Assembly: GCA_963769025.1 (NCBI GenBank)
Contig: CAVYKI010000002.1
Coordinates: 288,001-352,000, forward strand
Direction: 5' to 3'
DNA from: an uncultured Verrucomicrobiae bacterium
GTDB lineage: Bacteria; Verrucomicrobiota; Verrucomicrobiia; Chthoniobacterales; Chthoniobacteraceae
Length of the DNA stretch: 64,000 bases
Position 1 is the stretch's first letter, and each line of letters starts with the position of its first letter. Below, piece after piece: positions 1-9,778 of the stretch. Both the position numbers and the translations under genes were made by a program. The notes beneath the pieces are model-generated. The model saw nothing but the letters and a program-made list of their open reading frames with translations. It had not been told where the DNA came from and searched no databases.

Positions 1-365
1 TAGCCGCCCATCGAGAGGCCGGCGGCGAAATTGTCCGCGCGCTCCGCCGACAGCGGGAAGAACTGCCGCATGATCGCCGGAAGTTCCTCGCTCAGGAAAG
101 TCCAGTAGCGCGGCCCGCCCGCCATGTCCTGGTAAAAGCTCCGCGCGACGGCCGGCATGACGACGGCGAGATTCCGTTCCGCGGCGTAGCGCTCGATCGC
201 CGTCCTCCGCGTCCACATCGTGTGATCGTCGCTGAGCCCGTGCAGCAGGAACAGCGTGGGATGGAGCGTGCCGCGTTCCGCCGGCGGTACCTGCGGGAGG
301 AGCACATGCGCGGAGACGGAAAGCGCGAGCGTCTCGCTGAAGAAATGGCAGTCGAAGAAGGCCAT
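1..365 (-). CDS. Putative esterase (alpha/beta hydrolase, tributyrin esterase/FrmB-like); 3' end lies outside the window
   Basis: Manual translation from ATG 365: [24 protein letters not shown]...[24 protein letters not shown]...FAAGLSMGG, with a GxSxG nucleophile motif. Absent from the ORF track because it runs off the edge. Confidence 0.85.
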   Translation of the reverse strand, partial: MAFFDCHFFSETLALSVSAHVLLPQVPPAERGTLHPTLFLLHGLSDDHTMWTRRTAIERYAAERNLAVVMPAVARSFYQDMAGGPRYWTFLSEELPAIMRQFFPLSAERADNFAAGLSMGG

Positions 366-374
366 CGCGCACGT

Positions 375-1788
375 CAGCCTCGCTGCGTCCTTGGCGTAGC
401 CGAAGTAGCCGCGCTTCTTGATGAGGTCGCAGACTTCCGGCGGGACCATCGCCTCCCACGTTGCGTCGTGCGAGCGCGATGCGCTTGAGCACGTCGCGGC
501 TGAAGATGGGCAGGCAATCCTCGTGGAAATTGTCCAGCGCCACGAAGCTCCCGCGGTCGTGGAGGTAGCCGTAGAGCTTCTGCAGATCCGGCGCGACCTT
601 CGCCGTATCGACCGTGGAGATCGTGCCGGTGGTCGGATCCTGCAGCGGGTAAATGTAGAGCTTGAGCTCGTTTTTGAAGAGCCGGCCGAAGCTCTCCAGA
701 ATGCCGCCGGGGAGCTGCGTGTAGTATTTCTCGTTGAAGAGCTCGAGCAGCGTCGGCACGCCGAGCACGAGGCCGATGCGCTCCTTTGTCATGCGGTTGA
801 GATACGCGGCCAGCTTGAAAAATTCGCTGTAGTCGCTCACGAGCACCGTCATGCCGCAGGCGCTGAGCACGTCGGCGCGCGCGAGGAAATCGCGCCGGTC
901 CATGGCGCCGGTCTGGAGCAGGTTCGTCATCGTCAGCTCCATCACCTGCACGACCCCCGTGTCCTTCATCCCGGGCTCCTTGGTGAATTTTTCAAATGCG
1001 CAGCGCATCATGTCCAGGTTCACCTTCGTGAGCGGCCGGAAGCTCCCGCGCTCGACGAGGACGGCCTTTTTGTAAAAGACCTCCGCCGGCTGGAGCACCT
1101 CGCGGTTCGGGCCAAACATCGCGGCGCCGCTCAGGCCGAGCTGCACGAGCTTCAGCGCCATGAGCCGGTTGTCCACGCTGCGGAATTCGATCCCGGAAAA
1201 CTCGATCATGTCGATCTCGACGCGCCCGGTCGTGAGCCCGTCGAGCAGGCTCTCCACGAGCTGGTCCGGCTCGTGGTGCAAAAAGAAGCACCCGTAGCAG
1301 AGGTTCACGCCGGTGATGCCGAGCGCCTCCTGCTGCGCCTGCGCATCGGTGTCGAGCATGCGCACGTGGATGATCACCTGGCTGGCCTCGTCGCGCGGAT
1401 GGCTCTGGAATTTCACGCCGAGCCAGCCGTGGCATTCGTTCGTCCCCTGGTAATTGCGGATGGCCACCGTGTCCGCGAATGCGAAGAACGACGTGTTGTC
1501 CCCGCGGATGTCGGAAAGCCGTTCGAGGTTCAGCGAAAACTCGTGCTCGAGCATCGCCTGCAGGCGCGTGCGCGAGACATAGCGATCGGCCGTGCCGTAA
1601 ATCGCATCGCTCACCGCCATGTCGTAAGCGCTGATGCTCTTCGCGACGGTGCCGCTCGCCCCGCCCACTCGGAAGAACCAGCGCACCACCTCCTGCCCCG
1701 CGCCGATCTCGGCGAACGAACCGTACCACCGCTTGTCCAGGTTTACGTTGAGCGCCTTCTGGTGCGTGTTCAGCTTTTCTTGCTCCAT
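375..1788 (-). CDS. Conserved protein, nicotinate-nucleotide adenylyltransferase-like (family often mislabelled TonB-dependent receptor); frameshift near 470, 3' end uncertain
   Basis: Manual translation from ATG 1788: [56 protein letters not shown]...[17 protein letters not shown]... After a one-base shift it continues [21 protein letters not shown]. Confidence 0.7.
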
Positions 1789-1861
1789 GCCCGGAGGCTG
1801 CCCCGGGAAAGCCGTGAATGTCTAGCCGGATGGCGAATGCGGCCTCTGCGCGGGCCGCGGA

Positions 1862-2815
1862 TCAGTGGATTGCCGCGGCGGGGATCGTCGTTCGCAGCAC
1901 GCTGCTGCCGGAGGCGAGGGGAGACAGGGTGCGCACGGATGCAGTCGCCGGGAGGATGAAAAATTCTCCAGTCTGGAAGCGCTCCCCACCGCATTCCACC
2001 TCGCCGCTGAGCACGGTGAAAATCACGCCATCCGCGCTGGTGTCTGCGCGCGGGGCGGGGAGTTGCCAGCGCTCGACGTGGAATTCCGGGCAGGAGGCGA
2101 CCGTCTCGCCGGTGAGTTGCGCGAGGGCGGGCTCGTGGTCGGCGAAGTCGATCGAGGCGAGGGATTCCGCGACGTGCAGCGCGCGGGGTTTGCCGTCGAG
2201 CCCGGTGCGGTTCCAGTCAAAGACGCGGTAGGTCGTGTCGCTGTTCTGCTGCATCTCGACGATGAGGCAGCCCGCGCCGATCGCGTGGCAGCGGCCGCTC
2301 GGGATGAACATCGCATCGCCCGCGCGCACCGGCACGCGGTGCAGCAATTCGGCGGCCCGGCCCTCGCCGAGCGCCTTCTCAAATCCCGCGCGTGTCGTCC
2401 CGCGCCGGAACCCGGCGAAAAGCTCGGCCCCTTCCGCCGCGTCGAGCAGGTACCACATCTCCGTCTTGGGTTCGCCTTTCAGCTCTGCCGCCTTGTCCGC
2501 AGGCGGGTGGACCTGGACGGACAGCGTCTCCCGGGCGTCGAGGATCTTTGCCAGCAGCGGAAAGCGCGGCGAATCGGGGACACCCGCCCCGAACACGTCC
2601 TTGCGGAACACGGTCCAGAGTTCGTGCAGCGTTGTGCCGATCAGCGGGCCGCGGGCGACCACGCTTTGCGCATCCGCGCGATCCACGATCTCCCAGCTTT
2701 CGCCGATCGGGACGTCGACCGGGGGATGCTTTCCCGGCATGGCTGCGAGCCTGTCGCCGCCCCACACGCGCTCCATGTAGAGCGGCCGGAAAACGAGCGG
2801 CTTCTCAAAACTCAT
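1862..2815 (-). CDS. manA: Mannose-6-phosphate isomerase, type I (cupin)
   Basis: Motifs VWGG, IGESWEI, PLLAKILDA, LSVQVHP, KTEMWY, HAIGAG, EMQQNSDTTYRVFDW, RALH. Start set at MSFEKP (ATG 2815). Confidence 0.9.
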   Translation of the reverse strand: MSFEKPLVFRPLYMERVWGGDRLAAMPGKHPPVDVPIGESWEIVDRADAQSVVARGPLIGTTLHELWTVFRKDVFGAGVPDSPRFPLLAKILDARETLSVQVHPPADKAAELKGEPKTEMWYLLDAAEGAELFAGFRRGTTRAGFEKALGEGRAAELLHRVPVRAGDAMFIPSGRCHAIGAGCLIVEMQQNSDTTYRVFDWNRTGLDGKPRALHVAESLASIDFADHEPALAQLTGETVASCPEFHVERWQLPAPRADTSADGVIFTVLSGEVECGGERFQTGEFFILPATASVRTLSPLASGSSVLRTTIPAAAIH

Positions 2816-2861
2816 GGGGATTCCTCGATACGGCCCGGCTGCGTTCCGGTGTTTCCGCGGA

Positions 2862-4244
2862 TCAGGACTTCGAGGACGCCTTGAGGGGCTTGCCTTCGAT
2901 CTTCCGGTAAAGCGTCGCCATGCTGATGCCGAGCGTCTTCGCGGCCTTCTCGCGGTTGCCGGAGCTGCGCTTGATGGTTTCCTCGATGAAGCGCCGCTCC
3001 TGATCGCGGATGAAGGCATCCAGCTTCTTGCCGACCGGCATCGCGCCGTCGCCGCCTTTTCCGCTGCCGGACGGGCCTTCGAGGAGCTGCGGCGGGAGAT
3101 CCTTCACGAGGATGAGATCCTCGTCGCACAGCGCGCTCGCGCGCTCGATGGCGTTTTCCAGTTCACGCACATTGCCCGGCCAGTCGTAGCCCTGGAGCGC
3201 CTCGATGGCCTTCGGGTCGATTTTCATCGCGCGCGGATTCGGCCCGGTGGCGGACTTTTTCAGGAAATGCTGGACGAGGAGCGGGATGTCCTCGGGCCGG
3301 TCGCGCAACGGCGGCAGCTCGATGGGAATGACCGCGAGCCGGTAGTAGAGATCCTCGCGGAACTTGCCGTCCTTCACCTTGTCGAGCAGCGACTCGTTCG
3401 TCGCGCCGAGCACGCGCACATTGATGGGCAGCGTCTTCGTGTCGCCGACGCGGCGGAGCTGGCGCTCCTGGAGCACGCGGAGCAGCTTCGTCTGGAGCGG
3501 CAGGGCCATCGAGTTCACCTCGTCGAGGAAAATGGTGCCCTTTTCCGCCTCCTCGAAGAGCCCCGCCTTGTCCGACACCGCACCGGTGAAGGAGCCCTTC
3601 TTGTGGCCGAACAGCTCGCTCTCGAGCAGGTTCTCCGGCAGCGCGGAGCAGTTGATGGCGACGAAGGGATGATGCTGCCGGCTGCTGTTGAAATGCAGCG
3701 CCCGCGCGACGAGCTCCTTGCCCGTGCCGCTCTCGCCCTGGATCAAAATCGTCGAGTCGGTGTCCGCGATCTTGCGGATGAGGTGATAGACCTCGTCCAT
3801 CTTCGGCGACGTGCCGATGATGTTCTCCGGGTTCGTCGCGCGCTTCACGACCTTCTTCAGCGTGTCGCGCTCCTTCGCCGTGTCGGAAAACTCGATGACG
3901 TGCTTCACCCGCGCCTGCATCTCGGAAATCTTGAACGGCTTGCGGATGTAATAGCGGGCACCCTCGGCGATGGCCTTTTCCGCGATCTCCTCGTTGCCCT
4001 GCCCGGTCATCAGGATCACCTCGCAGCTCTCCAGCGCCGCCTTGACCTGCCGCAGGATCTCGAAGCCGTCCACCTTGCCCATCTTGATGTCGCTGATGAC
4101 GAGCGCCGGCGCGATGGTCTCGATCTGTTCGAGCGCCTTCTGGCTGTTGGTGAAGGGGAACGTCTCGTGGCCCATCTCCTTGCAGGCTGTGACGACGAGT
4201 TCGACGATGTTCGGTTCATCGTCCACGATAAGGATCTTGGCCAT
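2862..4244 (-). CDS. Sigma-54-dependent response regulator (NtrC/AtoC family: receiver, AAA+, Fis-type HTH)
   Basis: MAKILIVDDE receiver start; Walker A GESGTGKE; ESELFGHKKGSFTGA (GAFTGA variant); FLDE; WPGNVRELEN; HTH AAKTLGISMATLYRKI. Confidence 0.95.
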   Translation of the reverse strand: MAKILIVDDEPNIVELVVTACKEMGHETFPFTNSQKALEQIETIAPALVISDIKMGKVDGFEILRQVKAALESCEVILMTGQGNEEIAEKAIAEGARYYIRKPFKISEMQARVKHVIEFSDTAKERDTLKKVVKRATNPENIIGTSPKMDEVYHLIRKIADTDSTILIQGESGTGKELVARALHFNSSRQHHPFVAINCSALPENLLESELFGHKKGSFTGAVSDKAGLFEEAEKGTIFLDEVNSMALPLQTKLLRVLQERQLRRVGDTKTLPINVRVLGATNESLLDKVKDGKFREDLYYRLAVIPIELPPLRDRPEDIPLLVQHFLKKSATGPNPRAMKIDPKAIEALQGYDWPGNVRELENAIERASALCDEDLILVKDLPPQLLEGPSGSGKGGDGAMPVGKKLDAFIRDQERRFIEETIKRSSGNREKAAKTLGISMATLYRKIEGKPLKASSKS

Positions 4245-4277
4245 GGTCTTGGGTAGGTTGGGCTGAAAGCGCGTCGC

Positions 4278-4341
4278 TCTCGGAAATGAGAGTATTGCAG
4301 GAATGAGAGCGGGCAAATCAAATCCGCTATCGGAATTGAGA
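4278..4341. promoter_or_regulatory. Three imperfect 14-bp palindromes (consensus about TCTCA-N4-TGAGA) upstream of the NtrC-family gene; putative autoregulatory sites
   Basis: TCTCG-GAAA-TGAGA at 4278-4291, TTGCA-GGAA-TGAGA at 4295-4308, TATCG-GAAT-TGAGA at 4328-4341. Confidence 0.55.
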
Positions 4342-4364
4342 ATCGCCGGGCGGAGGGGCAGCCC

Positions 4365-5024
4365 CTAGGCGGACGTTTTCATGCCGAGCCGCTTGCGGAC
4401 GCTGTTCTCAAACTGGAACAGCGGATGCATGAGCGAGGCCACGGAATCGGGGAGAAGGTTCGGGCCGCGCGGGCCGTCGGGGGCGGTCTTTTCCAGGAAA
4501 AGGAGGGAGCCGGCGAGTTCGAGGCGGTGGTAGTTCCGGTTGTTCGCCAGAAAGTAGTCGGCGGCCCACTTTACCGAGCGCAGGCGCGGCGTGTAGTCGT
4601 GCAGCGCGAGGATGCCGTTGGGGTTCACGAGCGCCGCCCAGTGCAGGTCCTGCATCACGTAGCGGAACTTGTGGGTGCCATCGATGAGGACAAAATCGAA
4701 CGACTCAAGGACCCGCCGGGAATGCCGGAAGGCGTCCCAGCTTCGCATCTCGCGGAATTCCACGGTGTCGAGCGGGAGCCCGTGCGAGGTGACATTCTGC
4801 TCCACGACCTGCCGCTGGTTGGCGAAATAGTTCATCGTGTCGATGACGACGAAGGGCGGCCGGTGCGGTGTGGCCTGCATCATTTCGCAGAGCGTGCCGC
4901 CGGCTGCGGTGCCGATTTCCAGGTGCCTGCCGGGCCGCGGGCGTGCGCGCAGAATGCTCCGGAGCGCCTCCAGTTCCGGCTGGGTCATTTCCGAGGTTAG
5001 CTGCGTCGCGCAAGGGCGTTCCAT
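4365..5024 (-). CDS. Class I SAM-dependent methyltransferase (Methyltransf_24-like)
   Basis: LEIGTAAGGT motif I, FDFVLIDGTH, GILALHDY. Alternative start at 4988. Confidence 0.85.
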   Translation of the reverse strand: MERPCATQLTSEMTQPELEALRSILRARPRPGRHLEIGTAAGGTLCEMMQATPHRPPFVVIDTMNYFANQRQVVEQNVTSHGLPLDTVEFREMRSWDAFRHSRRVLESFDFVLIDGTHKFRYVMQDLHWAALVNPNGILALHDYTPRLRSVKWAADYFLANNRNYHRLELAGSLLFLEKTAPDGPRGPNLLPDSVASLMHPLFQFENSVRKRLGMKTSA

Positions 5025-5077
5025 CCGCGGCGATGTTCGGCACTGCGCGCGGCGCGCGCAAGAAAAACTCCGGGCTT

Positions 5078-8000
5078 TCAGCCTTTGCGCGCGGCGAACT
5101 GCGCGGCGGCGTGCTCCAGCCAGCCGGCATCCGGCGCCGCGTAAGGGCGGAAGGTTTCCAGCGAACCGGCCTGCTCGTTGTAGAGCAGCGCGCGGTGCAG
5201 GCCGAGGTTGCTCGCCTTCGGCGAATCGATGAGGCTCGCGGAGTCGTTCGCGCTCATCTGGAAGACGATCCGCATTTCAAATTCGCTCAGCGCCTTCCGG
5301 CTCATCGTGCGGTTGACGTTGTTGAACGAGTCCACCGTCGCGATGATGTGGATGCCGAGCGCGCTGCCTTCCGAGATGATCTCGTTGAACGCGGCGCCGG
5401 GGCTCGACTCGCCGTCGCCGCCACCGAAACTGAAGTCGTCCTCGTGGCGCAGCTTCTTGAATTTGTGCAGGCCATGGACAAACAGGAACACCGATGGCGC
5501 ACCCGCGGCCGGCGTCTCGCCGCTCGCGCGCGCCTTCATCTCGGTGGAAAGATTGCCCAGCACCTCGGGAATCTCCTGCGCGGTGGCGAGCGTGACAGCC
5601 TCCGGCATCATCGCCGCGACCTGTTCGAGCAAAGCGGCGTCCGGCGTCCCGGGCGTCGCGGAGTGGATCAAAATGCACCGCACCGCTCCCGGCGGATGCT
5701 GCGCGGCAAGCGCGACGATGGAGAGCGCGACCATCGTGAGCGCGGCTTCCTCGCGCTGGCCGACGATGAGCAGGTGGTTCCCGCTCTGGCGGTGAAATGC
5801 CGCCTCCGTCGGCCCCTTGATCGAATTTGGCGCTCCGAACCAGCAACGCGCCGCGGCCGGAGGCGCAGTCGGAGGCGAGGCGAGCGCGGCGGCGAGCAGA
5901 TCGTTCTCGCGGATGCTGGCGGGCGCGTTGCCCTCGAAGACGATCGCGCTTCGCTGCGGCTCATGGCGCTCGTCGGCGAGCGCACGGACCTTGTCGAGCC
6001 ACTTGTCGCGCTCGTCGTCGGGCAGCCAGACGACCTGGAAGGGGCTGTTGCCCTCGATGGCGCCGCCCGCGTCGTTGTAGATGCCTTCGCCGGGCCGCGA
6101 GAGGAGGCGCGGGGCGGAGTTCGTGTCGTCCATGATGAGATACGCGTCGGCCTCGTTGCACTGCAGCGCGACGCGGATGACCATCTGCCCGAGCGTCGCG
6201 CGGGCGAGCGAATACGCGCCGCCGAGGCTCTGCGAGCCGAGCAGCACGTGGATGCCAAAGGCGCGGCCCTGCCGCACGATGCGGTCGAACAGCAGCGAGG
6301 CCGTCTGCGCGATGCTGTCGTCCTCGACGAAGAACTCCTGGAATTCGTCAATCAGCAGCAGCGAGCGCGGCATCGGCTCCGTCCCGCCGGCGCGCTTGTA
6401 GCCCGCGACGTCCTGCACGCCGAGCTTGCGGAACATGTCGCCGCGCCGCTTCAGCTCCTCGTCCACGCGCTGGAGGACGCTGAGCGCGAATTCCCGGTCG
6501 CTCTCGATCGCCACGACGCGCGCGTGCGGCAGCCGCTTGTTCGCGTAGCATTTGAATTCGACGCCCTTCTTGAAATCGATGAGGTAGAACTCCACCTGCT
6601 CCGGCGAGCACGCGAGCGCGAGATTCGTGATGATCACGTGGAAGAGCGTGGATTTTCCCGATCCCGTCTTGCCTGCGAAGAGCGCGTGCTGCCGCGTGCC
6701 CTTGCCGATGGCGAGATACTGCATCTTCGTCGCGCCGGTGCGGCCGATGGGGATGCGCAGTTCGTTCGTCGTCTCGTTCGTCCAGAGTTCCGCCGGCTTC
6801 GGCGCGATCTGCTCGAACGGCACCTGCACGCGGTTCGAGTCCACGCTGCTCTTGCCGATTTTGTGGACGAGGCTCTGCGCGAGCGCGGCGTCCGGCGGCG
6901 GGTCGAGCACGAGCGCTGCGCCGGCCTCGGCCTGCTCGCGGCCGGTGGTGAAAGTGTTCCCCTCGGCGCGCAGGCACACGCTGCTCTTCCGCAATTCCTC
7001 CACGGAAAACCCGTCCGGCAGCGGCTGGCGCTGGTCCCAGTGGATCAGCGTAAATACCCCGCAGCGCGGCCCGCTGATGGCGATGCTCTGCAGCCGCTTC
7101 GCCGCAGTCTCGCTGAAGCCGGAGGGAAAGTCCGCGATGACGAGGAAATAGTATTTTTCCGCCACGCTGCCCGCCTGCTCGTTGTAGGCGGTGATGTTCG
7201 CGTACTCGTTGCGCAGATACATCTGGATGACTTTCTCGATGTGTTCGTTGATCTCGCCGAGCCGCTCGTCGAGCTGCTCGCGCTGCGTCCAGATGCGGCG
7301 GTTGATGATGGCCTCCTCGTAGTCGCCGAGGTGCATGAGCCCCGCGAAATTTTCGCCGAGGCCGACGGGATCGAAAATGGTGAAGCTGAGTTTCCCCGGC
7401 GGAGTCGTCGAGAGCAGCCGGAGGATCACGTTGTTCAGCACGCTCATCGTCGCACCGCCGCACGATTCGCGCGTCTCAAAAAGCAGCGAGCCCTGCTGCG
7501 GATACGTGAGCGCGAGCGGGATGGACACCTGCGGCGGCCCGGGCAGCGCGAGCCGCGAGACGGCGGTGGAGGCATCGGGCCGCTTTGCAAGGTCGAGGCT
7601 CAGTTGCGCGAATTTCGTCGCCGGTGTGAACTTCACGCGCGGCTCCCATTCCTCGACAACGCGCGCGGTCCACTCGGGGAAATCCGGCGCGAGCGCGGCG
7701 TTCAGTGCGGCGATTTCCTCGTAGAGCGGCGTGATCTCCGCCTTCCACGCCGCGTCGAGTTCGTCCCACCTCGCCTTCTCATTCGCGAGGATGGCGCTCA
7801 TTTCGGATGCGCGGGCGGCTTCCACCTCGCGCCGTTTTTCGGCGGTGCGTTGCTGGAATTCCCGCACCTTCGCATCCGTGCGGGAACGGACTTCCGCGAG
7901 CTGCCGGCGAAGGCGCTCCTGGAGTTTTTGCGTGAGCCTCGGGAGTTGCGGTTCGAGCTTTTGCCGGCCCTTCTGCTCGAATTCCGCCTCGAGGTTGTCC

Positions 8001-8968
8001 GCCTTTGCCCATTTGGTTTCGAGGTCGGCAAACGTCCGGTCGTATTCGTCCTGCAGGCGCTGGCGTTCGGCCTTGTGCTGTGCTTCGGCGGCGGCGATGC
8101 CCGCCCGGAGCGCGCGAAACGCATCGAGGATCGCCGCGCCCGTTTTTTCCGCCTCGGCCTTCGCGCCGTTCCGGCCGGTGACGTAGGCGAAAATGCAGCC
8201 GGCGGTGAGGAGCACCGCCACGGCCGCGCCCGCGACGTAAAGCGGCGCGGAAAGGCCGCGCGCGAAGACGACCGCGACGCCGATGAGCACGGCAAGCACG
8301 ATGCACACTGGCAGCGGCATCGCGCTGAAAAGGCGCGGCAGCGGCAGCGCGCGGAATGTCGCGAGCTGCTCCGTCGCGGCGGCGATCCGGGATTCGATCT
8401 CGCCCTGGAAATCATCAGGCGCGTCGGCGATCCGCCTTTCACCCTCGCGCTCGGTCAGCGTCTGCGCGAACGAACTGTAGCCGCTGAAGGCCTTCACGGT
8501 TTGCGCCGTGATGCCGTCGAGCGCCGCGCGTTGCTGGGCGAGCGTCTGCGACAGCGCGGCGTGGTCGCCGTCGTTCTTCTTGGTGCCGGCGGTGTGGGCG
8601 CGCTCGGCGCGGAGCTGGCGCATCTGGAGTTCACCCAGCCAGTTTCCCTTCGCATCCTGTGCGCGCTTGGGGAGCGTGCGCGTCAGAAGCCCATGGGCGC
8701 GCTGCACTCGGCCGAGCCGGCGATCATGGATTTCCTGGAGCCGCTCGGCCTCCTTTGCGGAAAGGGCTTCCGCCTCTGCGATCTGCGCGGCGAGCGCGCC
8801 GTCGTCCTTGTGCATCGCCTCGCGGTGCCGCCGCATTTCCTGATAGTTCCGCGCGGAAAGCGTGCTGGTCAGCTCCGCTTCCTTTTTCGCAAACGCCGCG
8901 ACCGTCCTCGTCAGCCTCGCGAGGAGCTCGAGCGCATGGGAAAATCGCAGATCGGGGCCGCTACTCAC
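5078..8968 (-). CDS. FtsK/SpoIIIE-family ATPase, EssC/EccC-like (coiled coils, 2 TM helices, three RecA-like domains)
   Basis: Intact Walker A HALFAGKTGSGKST, LIDFKKGVEF, Walker B LLIDEFQE, GRAFGIHVLLGSQ; flanking degenerate domains (GPRCGVFTL; GSALGIHII). Probable GTG start at 8968 overlaps the upstream stop. Confidence 0.9.
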   Translation of the reverse strand: MSSGPDLRFSHALELLARLTRTVAAFAKKEAELTSTLSARNYQEMRRHREAMHKDDGALAAQIAEAEALSAKEAERLQEIHDRRLGRVQRAHGLLTRTLPKRAQDAKGNWLGELQMRQLRAERAHTAGTKKNDGDHAALSQTLAQQRAALDGITAQTVKAFSGYSSFAQTLTEREGERRIADAPDDFQGEIESRIAAATEQLATFRALPLPRLFSAMPLPVCIVLAVLIGVAVVFARGLSAPLYVAGAAVAVLLTAGCIFAYVTGRNGAKAEAEKTGAAILDAFRALRAGIAAAEAQHKAERQRLQDEYDRTFADLETKWAKADNLEAEFEQKGRQKLEPQLPRLTQKLQERLRRQLAEVRSRTDAKVREFQQRTAEKRREVEAARASEMSAILANEKARWDELDAAWKAEITPLYEEIAALNAALAPDFPEWTARVVEEWEPRVKFTPATKFAQLSLDLAKRPDASTAVSRLALPGPPQVSIPLALTYPQQGSLLFETRESCGGATMSVLNNVILRLLSTTPPGKLSFTIFDPVGLGENFAGLMHLGDYEEAIINRRIWTQREQLDERLGEINEHIEKVIQMYLRNEYANITAYNEQAGSVAEKYYFLVIADFPSGFSETAAKRLQSIAISGPRCGVFTLIHWDQRQPLPDGFSVEELRKSSVCLRAEGNTFTTGREQAEAGAALVLDPPPDAALAQSLVHKIGKSSVDSNRVQVPFEQIAPKPAELWTNETTNELRIPIGRTGATKMQYLAIGKGTRQHALFAGKTGSGKSTLFHVIITNLALACSPEQVEFYLIDFKKGVEFKCYANKRLPHARVVAIESDREFALSVLQRVDEELKRRGDMFRKLGVQDVAGYKRAGGTEPMPRSLLLIDEFQEFFVEDDSIAQTASLLFDRIVRQGRAFGIHVLLGSQSLGGAYSLARATLGQMVIRVALQCNEADAYLIMDDTNSAPRLLSRPGEGIYNDAGGAIEGNSPFQVVWLPDDERDKWLDKVRALADERHEPQRSAIVFEGNAPASIRENDLLAAALASPPTAPPAAARCWFGAPNSIKGPTEAAFHRQSGNHLLIVGQREEAALTMVALSIVALAAQHPPGAVRCILIHSATPGTPDAALLEQVAAMMPEAVTLATAQEIPEVLGNLSTEMKARASGETPAAGAPSVFLFVHGLHKFKKLRHEDDFSFGGGDGESSPGAAFNEIISEGSALGIHIIATVDSFNNVNRTMSRKALSEFEMRIVFQMSANDSASLIDSPKASNLGLHRALLYNEQAGSLETFRPYAAPDAGWLEHAAAQFAARKG

Positions 8969-9170
8969 AATCGTTGTGCACCTTTCTGAGCAGGACGCTG
9001 ATCTCATCCATCGCCGTCGCCGTGCGGGCCGTGAGGTTCGGCAGCCGTTCGAGGTAGTTGTGCTCGAACTCGTCCGCCTTCACGTCGCGCCAGTGAGCCT
9101 TCGTCTGCTCCCATTTCTGGGACAGTTCCTTGAAAGCCTGCGCGAGGGTGGCGTTGCCTTCTTCACTCAT
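8961..9170 (-). CDS. Small helical WXG100-like protein (69 aa, W-R-D turn)
   Basis: KWEQTKAHWRDVKADEFEHNYL; overlaps both neighbours, consistent with translational coupling. Confidence 0.75.
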   Translation of the reverse strand: MSEEGNATLAQAFKELSQKWEQTKAHWRDVKADEFEHNYLERLPNLTARTATAMDEISVLLRKVHNDCE

Positions 9171-9706
9171 GGATTTGCGTCGGTTTCACTCGATGGCGCC
9201 TCCGGCGCGGCGGGAGCGGGTTCGCCGGCGGGAGCGGAGCGCTCGGCGTAGGCATCGAGGATCTCGCGGGCTCGGTAGAGGAAGGTGATCGCATCCGGCA
9301 TTTCCTGATCGAGGTAATCCCGGAAGCCGTCGAGCTTCTTCACGAGCGGATCGGCCGCGGCGTCGAAGTTCTGGTTCCACTTTTTCACGTTCCGCAGCTT
9401 TTGGTGCGCCTCCTCGACCGCCGCCTTCGCCTTTCGTACGACCGCCTCGCGCATCGCGATGGCGCCGGTCATCTTCGTGAGTCGCGCGCTGTAAAGTTCC
9501 TGCACGGCCTGGTCGAGCAGCCGCTGCCTGCGCCGGATTTCCCCCTCCCAATGCATCCGCTGGTCGTGCTGCAGCCAGTTCCGCGTCCGCCGCACGCGGT
9601 CGCGCACGGTGTCCACGGACTGCCGCGCCTTCGTCACGAAAATGACCATGCTCGCGCGCAACGCATCGAGCGCATCGACCGACGTGACCCTTGCCTGCGT
9701 GCCCAT
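9167..9706 (-). CDS. Coiled-coil protein of the WXG100/FtsK cluster (179 aa)
   Basis: Strongly helical composition, W53-E-G, no signal peptide; its stop overlaps the next ATG (ATGA). Confidence 0.75.
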   Translation of the reverse strand: MGTQARVTSVDALDALRASMVIFVTKARQSVDTVRDRVRRTRNWLQHDQRMHWEGEIRRRQRLLDQAVQELYSARLTKMTGAIAMREAVVRKAKAAVEEAHQKLRNVKKWNQNFDAAADPLVKKLDGFRDYLDQEMPDAITFLYRAREILDAYAERSAPAGEPAPAAPEAPSSETDANP

Positions 9707-9710
9707 TGGG

Positions 9711-9738
9711 TGAGTTGAGAGTTGAAGGTTGAGAGTTG
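9711..9738. repeat. Heptamer tandem repeat, 4 units (consensus AGAGTTG)
   Basis: TGAGTTG AGAGTTG AAGGTTG AGAGTTG, ending 4 bp before the minus-strand ATG at 9706. Confidence 0.8.
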
Positions 9739-9778
9739 AGAGGTCGGAGAATGGATCGCACTGCCTGCGTCGGGACGG

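Noticed and set aside
4868..8989. Long antisense ORFs (also 418-1959, 16070-21343, 11186-13741 and others)
   Set aside because: Shadow frames of real genes in high-GC DNA; no recognisable motifs.
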